From Amoebophrya sp. A120 (Eukaryota; Protista; Dinoflagellata), in assembly GCA_905178155.1 (NCBI GenBank), contig CAJINV010000010.1, forward strand, positions 2,472,466 to 2,536,465: a DNA stretch of 64,000 nt, written 5' to 3'. The translations under genes and the position numbers were made by a program. The notes below the pieces were generated by a model. That model had not been told where the DNA came from, did no database searches, and saw only the letters and a list, made by a program, of their open reading frames with translations. Below are positions 36,315-48,300 of the stretch, piece by piece. The first letter of the stretch is position 1, and the number at the start of each line of letters is the position of its first letter.

Positions 36315-39300
36315 ATGAACAGCATGACTTTCACGAAGATCATAACGAGGGCGACCCAAGTATTGTGAGTAAAAACGTCCCCACCCCATAGTCAAGTTGG
36401 TAAATCTGCTAGACAAAGCTCCAAGTTTTGGGAGTCGTGCATGACAAGTTTACATCTGTAGTGTAGTGCTGTTTAGCAAGGACAACCGCATCACAAAGAC
36501 GCCTGCTGATCCTGTTTACAGCATTACAAATCCCAAAACACGATTACAGATTCCTCCCTTGCGGATGTGCATTACAGATTTTTCTGTAGATGCAAATCTG
36601 CATGACAACTCTGGGGTGGGGACGTTTTTACACAGGATACCAAGCCGTGTTCTTGCCGGCACCGTCGCGGAGTCGTCGGGGGCTATCCTACTACTTTTGG
36701 AGCAGGCGTGCATATGACAGTGCACAACTCCCCCTCGTGGTCCCCCTAATTTTCATAGCATGAACGGCAAATAAAATTAATACAAGCAGGAGCAAGAATT
36801 ATGCCGGTGCTGCGTGACAAATTTGCACTGCAGTGTAGTTCTATTTGGGCCCTACCAGAAGATCTTGTCATGCATAATAGTGACAGGAGGGAAAGAACAA
36901 GCGTGGATTCATGGTATTCTGCGTGAGAAATGAGAACGACGGGGAGTTGTGCAGTGGCATAGTGCAGCAGCAATATTCGTGATTGCATTTTCTGCATTTG
37001 ACGCTATGCAGTCTGTCGCTGGCTTGGCCATGACCGCTGCAGGAACCCGAAGAACTACTTCTACGAGCACCAGGACTATCGCGAGGAAAAATCCCCCCTT
37101 CCCATGTTGACAAGGTACGTTTTCGAAAATTTGTGTTGCTGATTTGTGACCACAAATCGCGTCTGTGTTGCAGGGAGGCACCTCCAGGGGCTCCGCGGAA
37201 TCATGCAGGCGGTTTGTCATGCTGTTGGGCAGCCTACAGTGCGGGCGTTTTTCATGCTAAGCGCCTAGGCCACAGTCTGCCTCTCTGTCTGCTCAGGCTT
37301 GCTATAGGCCTGCAGTCCACCTCTCCAGCGAGACAAATCTGATTTGTGTACGCAAGTCCAGCGTCAGAAACTTCGTTTTGATATGGGGAGGGGGGGCGTT
37401 TCCTTTTGACATCCGCCGGAGTCCGGGCCGAGGAGGTGCGGAACGTTGCTGGGCATGATGAAAAAGTCGCGGAAGATGATGATGCTGAGGCGCTTATCCT
37501 GTGGAAAAACATCCCCACCCATAGTCAAGTTGGTAAATTTGCAACACAAATCTCCAAGCTTTGGGAGTTATGCATGACAAGTTTGGCCATGGCCTCGAAG
37601 TGTAATCCTGTTTAGCTAGTGCAGCAGCATCACAGTGGTCCTAGCATATCATGCGCATTGGAGCGCGACAAACTCCGGAACGCGACTAGAAAATGCCTCG
37701 CATGGAGCTCCGCATGAGAAATATTTTCAGCATGCAGATTTGCATGACAACTCTGGCGTGGGGACGTTTTTACAAATGATAGGGCTGCCCGTTGTATTTT
37801 TAAGCAGTCCCGTTCCGTCAGCACCGGATTTGTTCTTTTCGTCGACCTATCAAATGCAAAAATGTCTGGGTCTGGAAGAATACCAACTTGTGATGTGCAT
37901 TTCAGAACACAGAAAAATCTCTCATGCATGGGTAGCAAAAGCTGCCCGCTTTCTGCCCCCAGAGTGGGGCGACATTTGTCATGCGGATTCGGCATTGCGA
38001 AAGCTTCTCGAAACCTGTAATGCTAGAGCTTTCATGCCAGACCTTCTGTGTCATGCAGAAACAGCATGACTCTTGCTCTTCCAGACCCAGACATTTTTAC
38101 ATTTGATACGACCAGAGGGAAAAGGAAAACAAGAAGAAGTAGCATGTCATCTTTCAGCCAAGAACAAGCTGAGCAGGCAAAGAGCGAAGAAGTCGTGGTG
38201 CCCGCCCACGGTGGTCAAGAAAATCTTGACATGGACGTCGTGAATGCGACCGGGTCCTCGCTATTTGAACTACGAGTACAAAGTGAAGATTATCAACACG
38301 GGGGCCCAGCAGGAGCTGGCCCAGCAGGAGCTGCGCAGCTGGCCCAGCAGCAGGAGCTGCTGCAGCAGGAGCAGCGCACCTGGCCGTTCGCATTATCTAT
38401 TATTGCTGGCCCAAAAGAAGTTGCGCACCGTCTTTTTAAAAGCAAGGCTCGACTTTTACTTGTGTCCGCCACGGCACGGCAGAGGGAGTTCGAGGGCCCT
38501 AACAATCCCGCGGGCCTTTACGTGTATTTCAATGACACTCTGGCCTCTCCGAAGGAATGGGAAGAGTTGACGGTTGGCGCACTGAAGGCCTTCCTACCCA
38601 CCGAACAACTCGGTCCTGGGTACCAAGTGTGTGCTCTGGGGTGTCATCGGGAGTTGCAGGAGAAAATGGAGGAGCGGAAGCAAGGGGAAAATGCTCCTGC
38701 CAGGGCAGATTGGAAAATGGAAAATGGGAAAATTGTCCTGCATCGGTCGGGCAGCCTTCCTGTATCGCGAATTGTGCGCAAACACATCGCAGCAGAAGAT
38801 CTGCGGCTGAGCACTGCCGGCTTCGACTGCTATCAAAAGGAAAAATCCCCCCACCCCATATCGAAAACGAAATTTGTGATGCTGTATTTGAGTACACAAA
38901 TCGACTGCTAGAAGGCTAAGCGCCGCAGTTGTGGCCTCGTTTGCAGGCAATTTGTCATGCTGTTTCCCATTTCCGGCTGCTTCCTGTCATGCTGAAGATG
39001 CAAGGCTGCCCCACGCCACCCAGCACTACAGCCCGTACCTTTTCCCTTCTAGCATGACAAAGCTGATCTGTGACTACAAATCTCATCTGCATCAAGAGCA
39101 TTTCCGTTTTGATATGGGGAGGGGGGATTTTTCTTTTTGATAACTGCCATATTGGACATGGAATAGATTGGGCTGATGTTAGTATGTCGTTGCCACATAC
39201 TGTGGCCGGTAGAACAATGAACTACTTGGCCAAGTGTGCCGAGGATTTATCAAGTGCGAATATGTCTGGGTCTGGAAGAATGCAACTTGCGATGCTCCTG

Positions 39301-42300
39301 CATTTGGATTCCAAATGCATTGCATGAGCAGCGCATGCAAATTTTTTGCTACCTACGCGGAGAGGGCATTTGTCATGCGAAATAGGCATCAAGAACCTCG
39401 CAAAAAATCTGTGATGCTAGGGCATGCATCACAGACGTCATGGCTCATGCAAAGCGTGCGTGACAAGTCTCAGAACCTCCCAGACCCATACATATTTGCA
39501 TTCGATAGGAGTTGCAGGTGAGCAAGATAATTGAGTACGGCCGGCTGGCAAGCGCAAGCTTTAGCTCGATATCTCACCCCAGAAAAATCTCGGTCCTGTA
39601 CGTGGTGCCGGCAGAAGATCCGCACGGAGGAGGAGGGAGTAGTGGCGACCGCAGCTCTATCGAAAGTAAAGAAAAACGTCCCAGCACCCCAGAGTTGTCA
39701 TGCAAATGATCTGCAAGGAGCCTCAAATGTTTCTCATGTGAAGCGGCCACTATGACGAGATGAGTCATTTATTAATGCTGTGTCTGGCAGTTTGCGATGC
39801 CAGAATCAGGAGAATCGACGATCGATCCTCGACGCCGCGGCTGCACTAGCTACACACGATTAGGAGATTTCTTGCTCGCACAAACTTGTCATGCGCGACA
39901 GCCGAAAGTTGTTGACTTGTGTAGCAAATAAATCCCCATTCCGAATGTGCGGTGGTCGGGGGTTCGTTTTTACTGAGGATAAGCTTGATATCATCCTCAA
40001 GCTACATCGACGAGAACAATGGGGACCAGCACCCCAACACGGCGCGATCGTTTTTTGAGGGACAGACCCGACTCGAAGTGGTTTCTATGAACTGCAAAAG
40101 TATCGTACTCGTATAAATGCATTACAAATTTCCTCAGCATGAGAAATTAAATTTGTAATGCTGACTTACCTTAAGAGTAAGATTTGTAATGCAAGTTTTG
40201 CATTTGTACGAGTGCGATACTTTTGCACAGGACAGTTTCCGCCATGGAGCAACCGGATCAGCGGCTCCGCGTATCACATGCAAATATGTCTCGTCTGGGT
40301 CTGGAAGAGTGCAAGACTTCTCATGCAGGTTCAACATGACGCATGGGGTCTGGAATGCAGGATCTAGCATGACAGATTCTGTGAGATCTGTACCATGCCT
40401 ATCCTGCATGACAAACTCACTCCCAACTTGGTCAAAAGTGGACAGGTTTTGGCACTCGTGCAACACAAATTTTTTCATGATCCAGATTTAGCATCACAAG
40501 CTACACCCTTCCAGACCCAGACACATTTGCATTTGATACCACGTGTATTTCAACGATACCCTGGCCTCTTATGGGGGTTTCAGGATCGAAATCGACAAAA
40601 TCGAAAAACTTGTAATGCGTAAAATGTAGGGCGCGTTGTATAGTCTCCTGTATTGGGGAGCATGCAAATAAGACCGATAATTGCAAGCCTGTTTATAGGA
40701 AGACGATGTGCAGCTGCCAGATTAGCATGACAGTAGCAGTCTTCTTTGCCCAAACAGCATGACAGACCGGATTTTGGTGCTCCCGAAATTTATCATATGC
40801 CCCTTGGCTTTAAAAAATGGCATCGATTTTATGTATATACAAGTTAATTCGATTTTGTCGATTTCGATCCTGACGCTTCCATACCTCTCCGAAAGACTGG
40901 CAAGAGCTGACGGTCGGGGCGCTGAAAGCCTTTTTACCCGGGTACCTGACCGGCGTCGTTGGGTATCAGGTTTGCGTATTCTGAGTAAAAACGTCCCCAC
41001 CCCAGAGGCGTCATGCAAATCTGCATGCTCAAAATGTTTCTCATGCGGAGCCCCATGACAAGCGTTTTCTAATCGTGTTTTGTAACTTGCAATGCTCCAA
41101 TCAGCATAATAGGCTAGAGCTGTGATGCTGCTGAACAAGCTAAACAAGATTACACTACAAAAGCAAACTTGTCATGCGAAACAGCCAAAGCTGGTTGATT
41201 TGTGAGATTTCCCATCTCTGGTGTGGGGACGATTTGGCTCAGGATATTGCGCGCGGGGGTGTCATATCAAATGTAAAAATGTCTGGGTCTGGAAGAATGC
41301 AAGATTTGTGATGCAGGTTTTCCATGACCCATGAGGTCTGGAATGCGAGACCCAGCATGACAGATTCTTTGGGGTCTCTATCATGCCTTTCCTGCGTGAG
41401 AAACTCCCTCTCAACTTGGTCAAAAGCGGACAGCTTTTGGTACGCACGCAACGCAGATTTTTGCATTTAGCATGACAACTTGTAATCTTCCAGACCCAGA
41501 CATTTTTACATTTGATATGTCATCCGCGCCTGCAGAGCCAGGTCGAAGAGAGGCACGCGAACTATGGATGTGTCAGGTTTGAAATCGTCAAAGTTGAAAT
41601 AATAGTTTGTCATGCATAAAACGGATACCAGTTAGGCCTACAGTTTGTAGTCGGTGCATGACAAATTTTCCCGGTCCTGGAAGCGAGTCTCTCATGCGGT
41701 TGAGGGCAAAAGAGCTGCCGTCTGTCATGCTAGTCAGCAGTCCAACTTTTGACCCTTACCAGGACTATAATCTGCCTCCCGTGCGTCCTCTGCAATAGAG
41801 TCACTTTTTGTATCGCATTTTATGCATGACAAATCACTTCTGTAATGCATAAAATGCATGACCCGAGGCACGTGTGTTGCAGAGCAGGTAAGTGAGGCCG
41901 ATTGCAAGCCTGTTCGGGGTTACAGCTCGAGCTGCTAAAGTAGCATGAGAAAATCGCTCTTCTTTGCCTAAACAGCATGACAAACTGGATCTAGGGACCA
42001 CCGAAATTTGTCATGCGCCACTTGAAAACTGGATTCCAACTGGCATTCATTTTATGCATGACAAATTATTTCATTTTGGCTCAAGCGCTTGGTCACCCCG
42101 GGCAAAAACAAACGAGATAAAGTCCAAGATGGGCGTCGCTATAATCCGGGACTAGGGTCTGCAGCTACCGGCGGATCGATCCAGGGCAAGCACGGCGAAG
42201 GTTCTTAACCCTGCCCTTCGGGGGGGGGCGTGCCGCAGGTTTTGACAATCTCGTGACAGAGCGGTCCTGACGGAGCGCCCACTCACTCGACTCGATCCGA

Positions 42301-45300
42301 TCTCTGCGAACTCTCGCAGAGGCTCGCTGTCCCTGTCGTCATGGTGCTCATCCTCGATCCGTAGCCAGTCGGGGACTGTCCACGCCTCCAACCCCGTCTC
42401 ATCACCACACCATCGACGTTTAGCAGATGGTCGTCAACGACTCGGCGCTATGGCGAGTGCGATAACCCGCGGCACCCGACCGCTGAGAACGACGCGCTGT
42501 GCTTAGAGCGGCATCTCTCTCTACAATTACGTCCCGGCCTCAGCGGCGCCCTGCTCTCTGCACGACGTCCTCGTGCTTGCATTCATCCGCGCAAGAGCCT
42601 TCAGCCACCTGCGGCTACACGCGCGCGGGCACCACTATGTAACTACCAATTGACAGATGAACTGAGACAGGTGGTAGTAGCGCCTCGGCTGTCCCTGATA
42701 TTTTGCCTTTGTTGGCGGGACCGCCTTTTCCTCTTTATCGCCCTCGGGGCGTCTGGCCTTTGCATCGTTTGTATTCTGCGGTCCTGCTGTGATTTTGTGT
42801 TGGACAAGACACTGATACAATGCGTCAAAGGCCGATGAGGCTGCCAGTTCTCTCGGCCCGCTCTCATCTGTCAAAACTTTTCCTGGTGCCCCGAGCCCCA
42901 GCATATCTGCGGCGATTATACTCTCTGGCGACACCTGACTGCGCGGCGTTAGGTGCATTAACCCGGACCTGCACCTCCTAATTTTACCGGACCTTTCTAA
43001 ACCTCATCGCAGACTGTATTTGTGCCTGCGGTGGCCGTTGGGTTCCGAATAGAAAATTTTCGTATGCATGGAGTCAGCTGCAGGCTGCTGCTTCCTTATA
43101 GCAGTTTGCCTGGTAGGCTCCTGCACAGTCCGTGAGCGCAATGAGTTGGTACGTTGGCGAACGTTAAACGTACTCTGTTGGCAATAAGTTGGTTTGTTGG
43201 CGAAAAGTAAGGTTTGTTGGCGAACAATAAACGCATCCGTTGGCGCAATGTAAGGATCGTTGGCGAACGTTAAACGTACTCAGTGGGCGAAAAGTTGGAC
43301 TTGTTGGCGAAAAGTATGGTTTGTTGGCGCAAAGTAAGGATCGTTGGCGAACGCTAAACGCATGTTGGCGAAGTGAGGACTGTGTGCGAAAGTAAGGAAA
43401 AGTTGGCGTAAGTGGGATCATGTGCCCGAGGATGATGGTGATGGCTTCGGTCCGCCTGACTCCACGACCTGGTGGCCGAACCATCTGCGGTGAGGTGCCC
43501 TTACAGGTTGTGTAGTGGTTTCGGTCGGTTTAGCATGACAAATCACTTCAACTTTGACGATTTCAATCCTGACAGTTCCATACGAACCCCGCAACGCTGG
43601 AGAAGAAGAACGCACTTGTATTGAAAGGAAAAACTCCCCCTCCCTATATTGAAGCGGTATGTTTCCGAAAATTTGTGTTGGTGATTTGAGGTCACAAATC
43701 ACATTTGTCTTGCAAGAAAACAAGGGCAGAAACTTCCGCCCCATTATGGAAGCGATTTGTCATGCTGTTGGGTCTAAAGGGGAGCCGTTTGCAGCCATGC
43801 TGAACAACTAGACCCATACGCCCCTACCCAGCCTGGGGATCTGGCCGCAGTGCCATCCTGCAGCACAAAGCTGATTTGTGTACACAAATCCTGCATCAGA
43901 AATTCCGTTTTGATATGAGGCGGGGGGATTTTTCCTTTCGATAACTTGAAGATAAGGAGCTGGACCGGCGCGGCTTTGACTGCCGCCCGAGCGTCCGCTT
44001 AGGTAATGCTTTGGTCATATGCATTCTTGCAACTATAGTAACGTCTGGGTCTGGAAATAAAGTGCAGAGTAGTTCTTTGTGATGCAGGTTTATTTGCATG
44101 CCCCAGAAGCAGGTCGTGATCGTGTGGAATTATGCAGGGCCTAGCGTGACAGATGTTCTGTGACTTCTTTATCATGTTGCCTATAATACTGCATGACTAC
44201 TACTGGGTCAAACATGGACAGCTCTAGGTTGTACTAGTCGCGCAACACAGTTTTTGTAGTGTGGCGCACAGGAAGATGCATGGCAAGTCACATGATCTTT
44301 GCAGACCGAGATGATATAGTATTTGCAATGCATGCTATCACAGGAAAAAATTGTCACAGTTCCACATTTGTCGGAATTTCAGCATCACAAAGTTGCCCTA
44401 GAAGGCAACGAAAACTTGTAATGCGCAGACCAGAAGGGAAGACGAAGACCCGCACGAAATGAGGCTGGCAAGCATTTTCTGCATCACAGAGGTTGTCTGT
44501 CTTGCTGGTCTTGCATCAGAGTGAGTAGCTGTGACACTTTTTCCTTGTGATACCTGGGTCACCGAGGTAGGCGAAATGGCCAAGTGTTCCGAGGATTTAT
44601 GCTCTGCAAAAGTATCGTACTCGTAGTAATTGCTATTACGCATGACAAATCTCTTTCCCAAGGTAAAACAGCATTTTACAAATTTCAATTGTAAAAATGC
44701 TAAGTGAATTTGTAATGCAAGTCATACTAGTAGGATGCTTTTGCATTTCATAGGATTTGCAGGTGAGCAAGATAATTGAAGCCAGTTTGATGCTGGCATC
44801 AAAAGCGCAGCTGCACGGTACGAGTCGTGCGTCCTCTGCCACCAGTGGTAAAAAAGAAATAATGCCCGCCGAGCGGTTGTATGTGGTGCCGCGACAGGCC
44901 GGGTTGGAGCATCTTCTTCCGGAGGTGGCTACCACCTCCGCCCTGCTTGGAAAGCCGGCGCCTGAGACCCCCCCTCCGAAAACCGCCCGGGACCTCGTGG
45001 GTTCGCAGGTTGCGCTATCGCAAGAAAAAATGCCCCCTTCCCATACTGAAAAGACATACTTCTGAAAGTTTGTGATGCTGATTTGCGGACACAAATCGTC
45101 TCTGTATTGCAAGAAGGCAAAGCCAGAGACTCCGCCGGGTTGTGCGGGCAATTTGTAATGCTGTATGGCTTGCAGAGGATAAATTTAAATCTCCCTTGCT
45201 AGGCGCCAACACCAAAAAGGCCCAGCTCAGGCTTTGTATCTGCGTGCAGTTCTCCACTGCAAGACAAAGCGGATTTGTGTACACAAATCCGGCATCACAG

Positions 45301-48300
45301 ATCTACAATCTGACATGGGGAGGGGGGATTTTTCATTTTGATATGCGCAGAAGTGGCAGCGCTTCCTGCAGGAGGAGTGGGTAAAGCAGTGGGTTTATCG
45401 AAAGGAAAAATCCCCCGACCCCATATGAAAACGAAACTTCTCATGCTGGATTTGGATACACAAATCGTGTTGCGGTAGAGGAATGCACGCAGATCCTAAG
45501 CCTAGGCAAGGGCCTGTCGGTGTAGGCGCCTAGCATGGTAGACGGCTACCCTGTAGGCCTTACAGCGTTACAGACTGCCTGCATTGCGTGGCGGAAAGCC
45601 TGCGCGTGCCTTTTTCCAAGACAGACCCGACACAAATCTGCCTCACAAATTTTCAGAAGGATGCGCTTTCAATATGGGGAGGGGGGATGTTTCCTTGCAA
45701 TAGGGTTCCAACCAGATCTATCCCACGCAGAAACTGTTTCACTGTGATGACCTTGCAAGATGATCTGCATCACAAGTTTGTTACACATGACACAGAAAAT
45801 TTGCCATGCGCGCTTCCAAAGGGAAAACACCGCTAAAGAGTCGAGGTCTTGCAGGTGTGGCAAGACAAATAGTTCTGTCTTCCATTCTATGCATCACAAG
45901 TTCACAGTGAAGCAGTCTTTTCTTGCGATAAGATCCGAATGGGAGGAGGGGGACGACGAGGTCGAGAGGGAGTATGGAACTGTCAGGATCGAAATTGACA
46001 AAATCAGAAAATTTGCGATGCACGAAATGCATGACGCGAAATACGTGTGTTGCAGAGCAGGCAAGTGAGGCCGATTGTAAGCCTGTTTGGGGTCATAGCT
46101 CGAGCTGCTAAGGCAGCATGAGAGAATCAGTTTTCTTTGCCTAAACGGCATTACAAACTGGATTTAGGCACCGCCAGAATTTGTGATGCGCCACGTAGAA
46201 ACTGGGTTCGAACTGGAATCCATTTTATGCATGACAAATCATTTCGATTTTGTCAATTTCGCTTCTGACACTTCCATAGGGAGGAGCAACTCGTGCAGAC
46301 GTGGTCGGGAGAGAATTTCTGCGACACCGGGGATGGGAGACCCAGCTGGACGGTCGAGGGCATTTACACGACGTACGACAGCAGTCGTGTAGGGGGCGCG
46401 GAGGACAAGTACGCGCCCCTCCCGCCACTGCAGGCGCTGCTGTGTCACGCCTTGTATCCGCCCCGCGTAAGCGGGCGGAGGCAACGGCCGGACAAGAATT
46501 TTGCCGAGGTACAGGGCATATTCTGTGCAAAAGTATCGCACTCGTAGTAATCGCAGTCATGCATAATTACAAATATCCTTCTTAACCTAAATCCGCATTA
46601 CAAATTCCATTTTTCATACTGAGGGAATTTGTCATGCGATTTCTACTAGTACGATGCTTTTGCATTTGATAGGGCACCTCTGGCACGTCCCCTTTCCCGG
46701 GTCAGACCCACGGCACGGCCTTCCCGAACCTGTTGTTTCTAGATGGGGCCGACATGCTCTATGACGGGAACGACCAGGATATCACCAAAGCCTCCAATTC
46801 GCACAGAAAAGTTAGGGACGCGGCGTCCCCTATCAAACGCAAGAATGTCTGGGTCTGGAAGAATGCAAGATTTGTCATGCATATTTCTCATGACCCATGA
46901 TTGTCTGTGATGTATGCCCTAGCATCACAGGTTTTTAGAACCCTTCCTAATGCACCTTTCGCATGAGAAACGCCCTGTTCGTGTAGCACAAATTGTACCC
47001 CTCTTGCTGGTCATGCATTACAAATTTTTTTAGAGTCCAAAAACAGCATGACAAGTTGCAATCTTCCAGACCCAGACATATTTGCATTTGATAGCCCCGA
47101 ATATGAAGCCGCACCTCTTCGAATTTGTGGCGCGCAACCTTGTATCAAACGCAAAAATGTCTGGGTCTGGAAACTTGTGATGCTAAAAGTGAATGGTAGA
47201 CGGACTGCAATACGCAGCTATGCATGACAAATTTTCTGGCTCCCATGTCTTACGTATTCCGCATGGCAAACTGCGTTTTTGCATGACAGGTACGAGGGCC
47301 TTTGCGTGCCTATGCAACACAGATTCTCAAGTCATGCCAGACAAGCATGACAAACTTGCATTCTTCCAGACCCAGACATTTTTACAGTTGATACCTCGAG
47401 CGGGCCAAAGACCAAAGCCGTCGCTTCAAATTCTGGCGGCAGCATATTACACTGAAAAATTACACCCCGCCCCCCCCCGAACTTGGGAGCATTTGTATTG
47501 CAAACCTTTCCGAATGAAACGCCCGCCCTCTTGCATCTATCAGCATCACAGATCTCCGATCGTGAATAGCAAAAATTTGTATTGCAAAAGATCCCAGCAA
47601 GAGCGGCGCTTGTCATGCAAGCGATGCGACACACACCTAGATCTTGCAGCAGAAAGGTTCACACTCCTTTCACGCATAGATAAAAAGTTCTTCATTTGAA
47701 AACCTTATGCATCACAAATTTTTGCAACTTTGGGGGTGGGGGCATTTTTCCCCGCGATAGAGCACGACCCCACGGACCTCCACACCGAGCGGCCGCTGCT
47801 CCAGGACGCGGAGGGGGAACAAACTGTGGGCGAGCAGATGTGTACTGTGAGGAAAAATCCCCCCTCCCCATATTGAACAGGTATGTTCCTAAAAATCTGT
47901 GATGCTGATTTGTGACCACAAAATCCTGTCTCTCTTGCAAGACGGCAAATCCAAAGAATCCGCCGCCTTATGAAGGCGGTTTGTGATGCTGTTTCACCAA
48001 CATGGCAGGCCTCTGCTTTGCTAAGCGCGTACAACAAAACACCCCTACGCAGGCTAGAGCTTTGCCTGTGGTGCCTCACAGCAAGACAGGGCTGGTGTGT
48101 GTACACAAATCCAGCAACAGAAGTTTCCGTTTCAATATGGGGAGGGGGGATTTTTCACTTTGATAATGTGGGCCATCCGAGCCCGGGCGGGGGAGTACAT
48201 GCACCGGGTTCGTTTCGCGCCAGTTGCGCCGGTCGCATATCGTATTTAAAGACGTCCCCACGACCCCATAGTTGTAGTGCAAATCTGCATGCTGAAAATG

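Larger units (their letters stand above)
42072..43530 (+). mobile_element. SL-headed retroposed insertion inside G-family introner 41563-43582
   Basis: Starts with the SL relic. Flanked by an imperfect ~20-bp duplication (TATGCATGACAAATTATTTCA / TAGCATGACAAATCACTTCA). Contains a GTTGGCGAA minisatellite. Confidence 0.6.
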
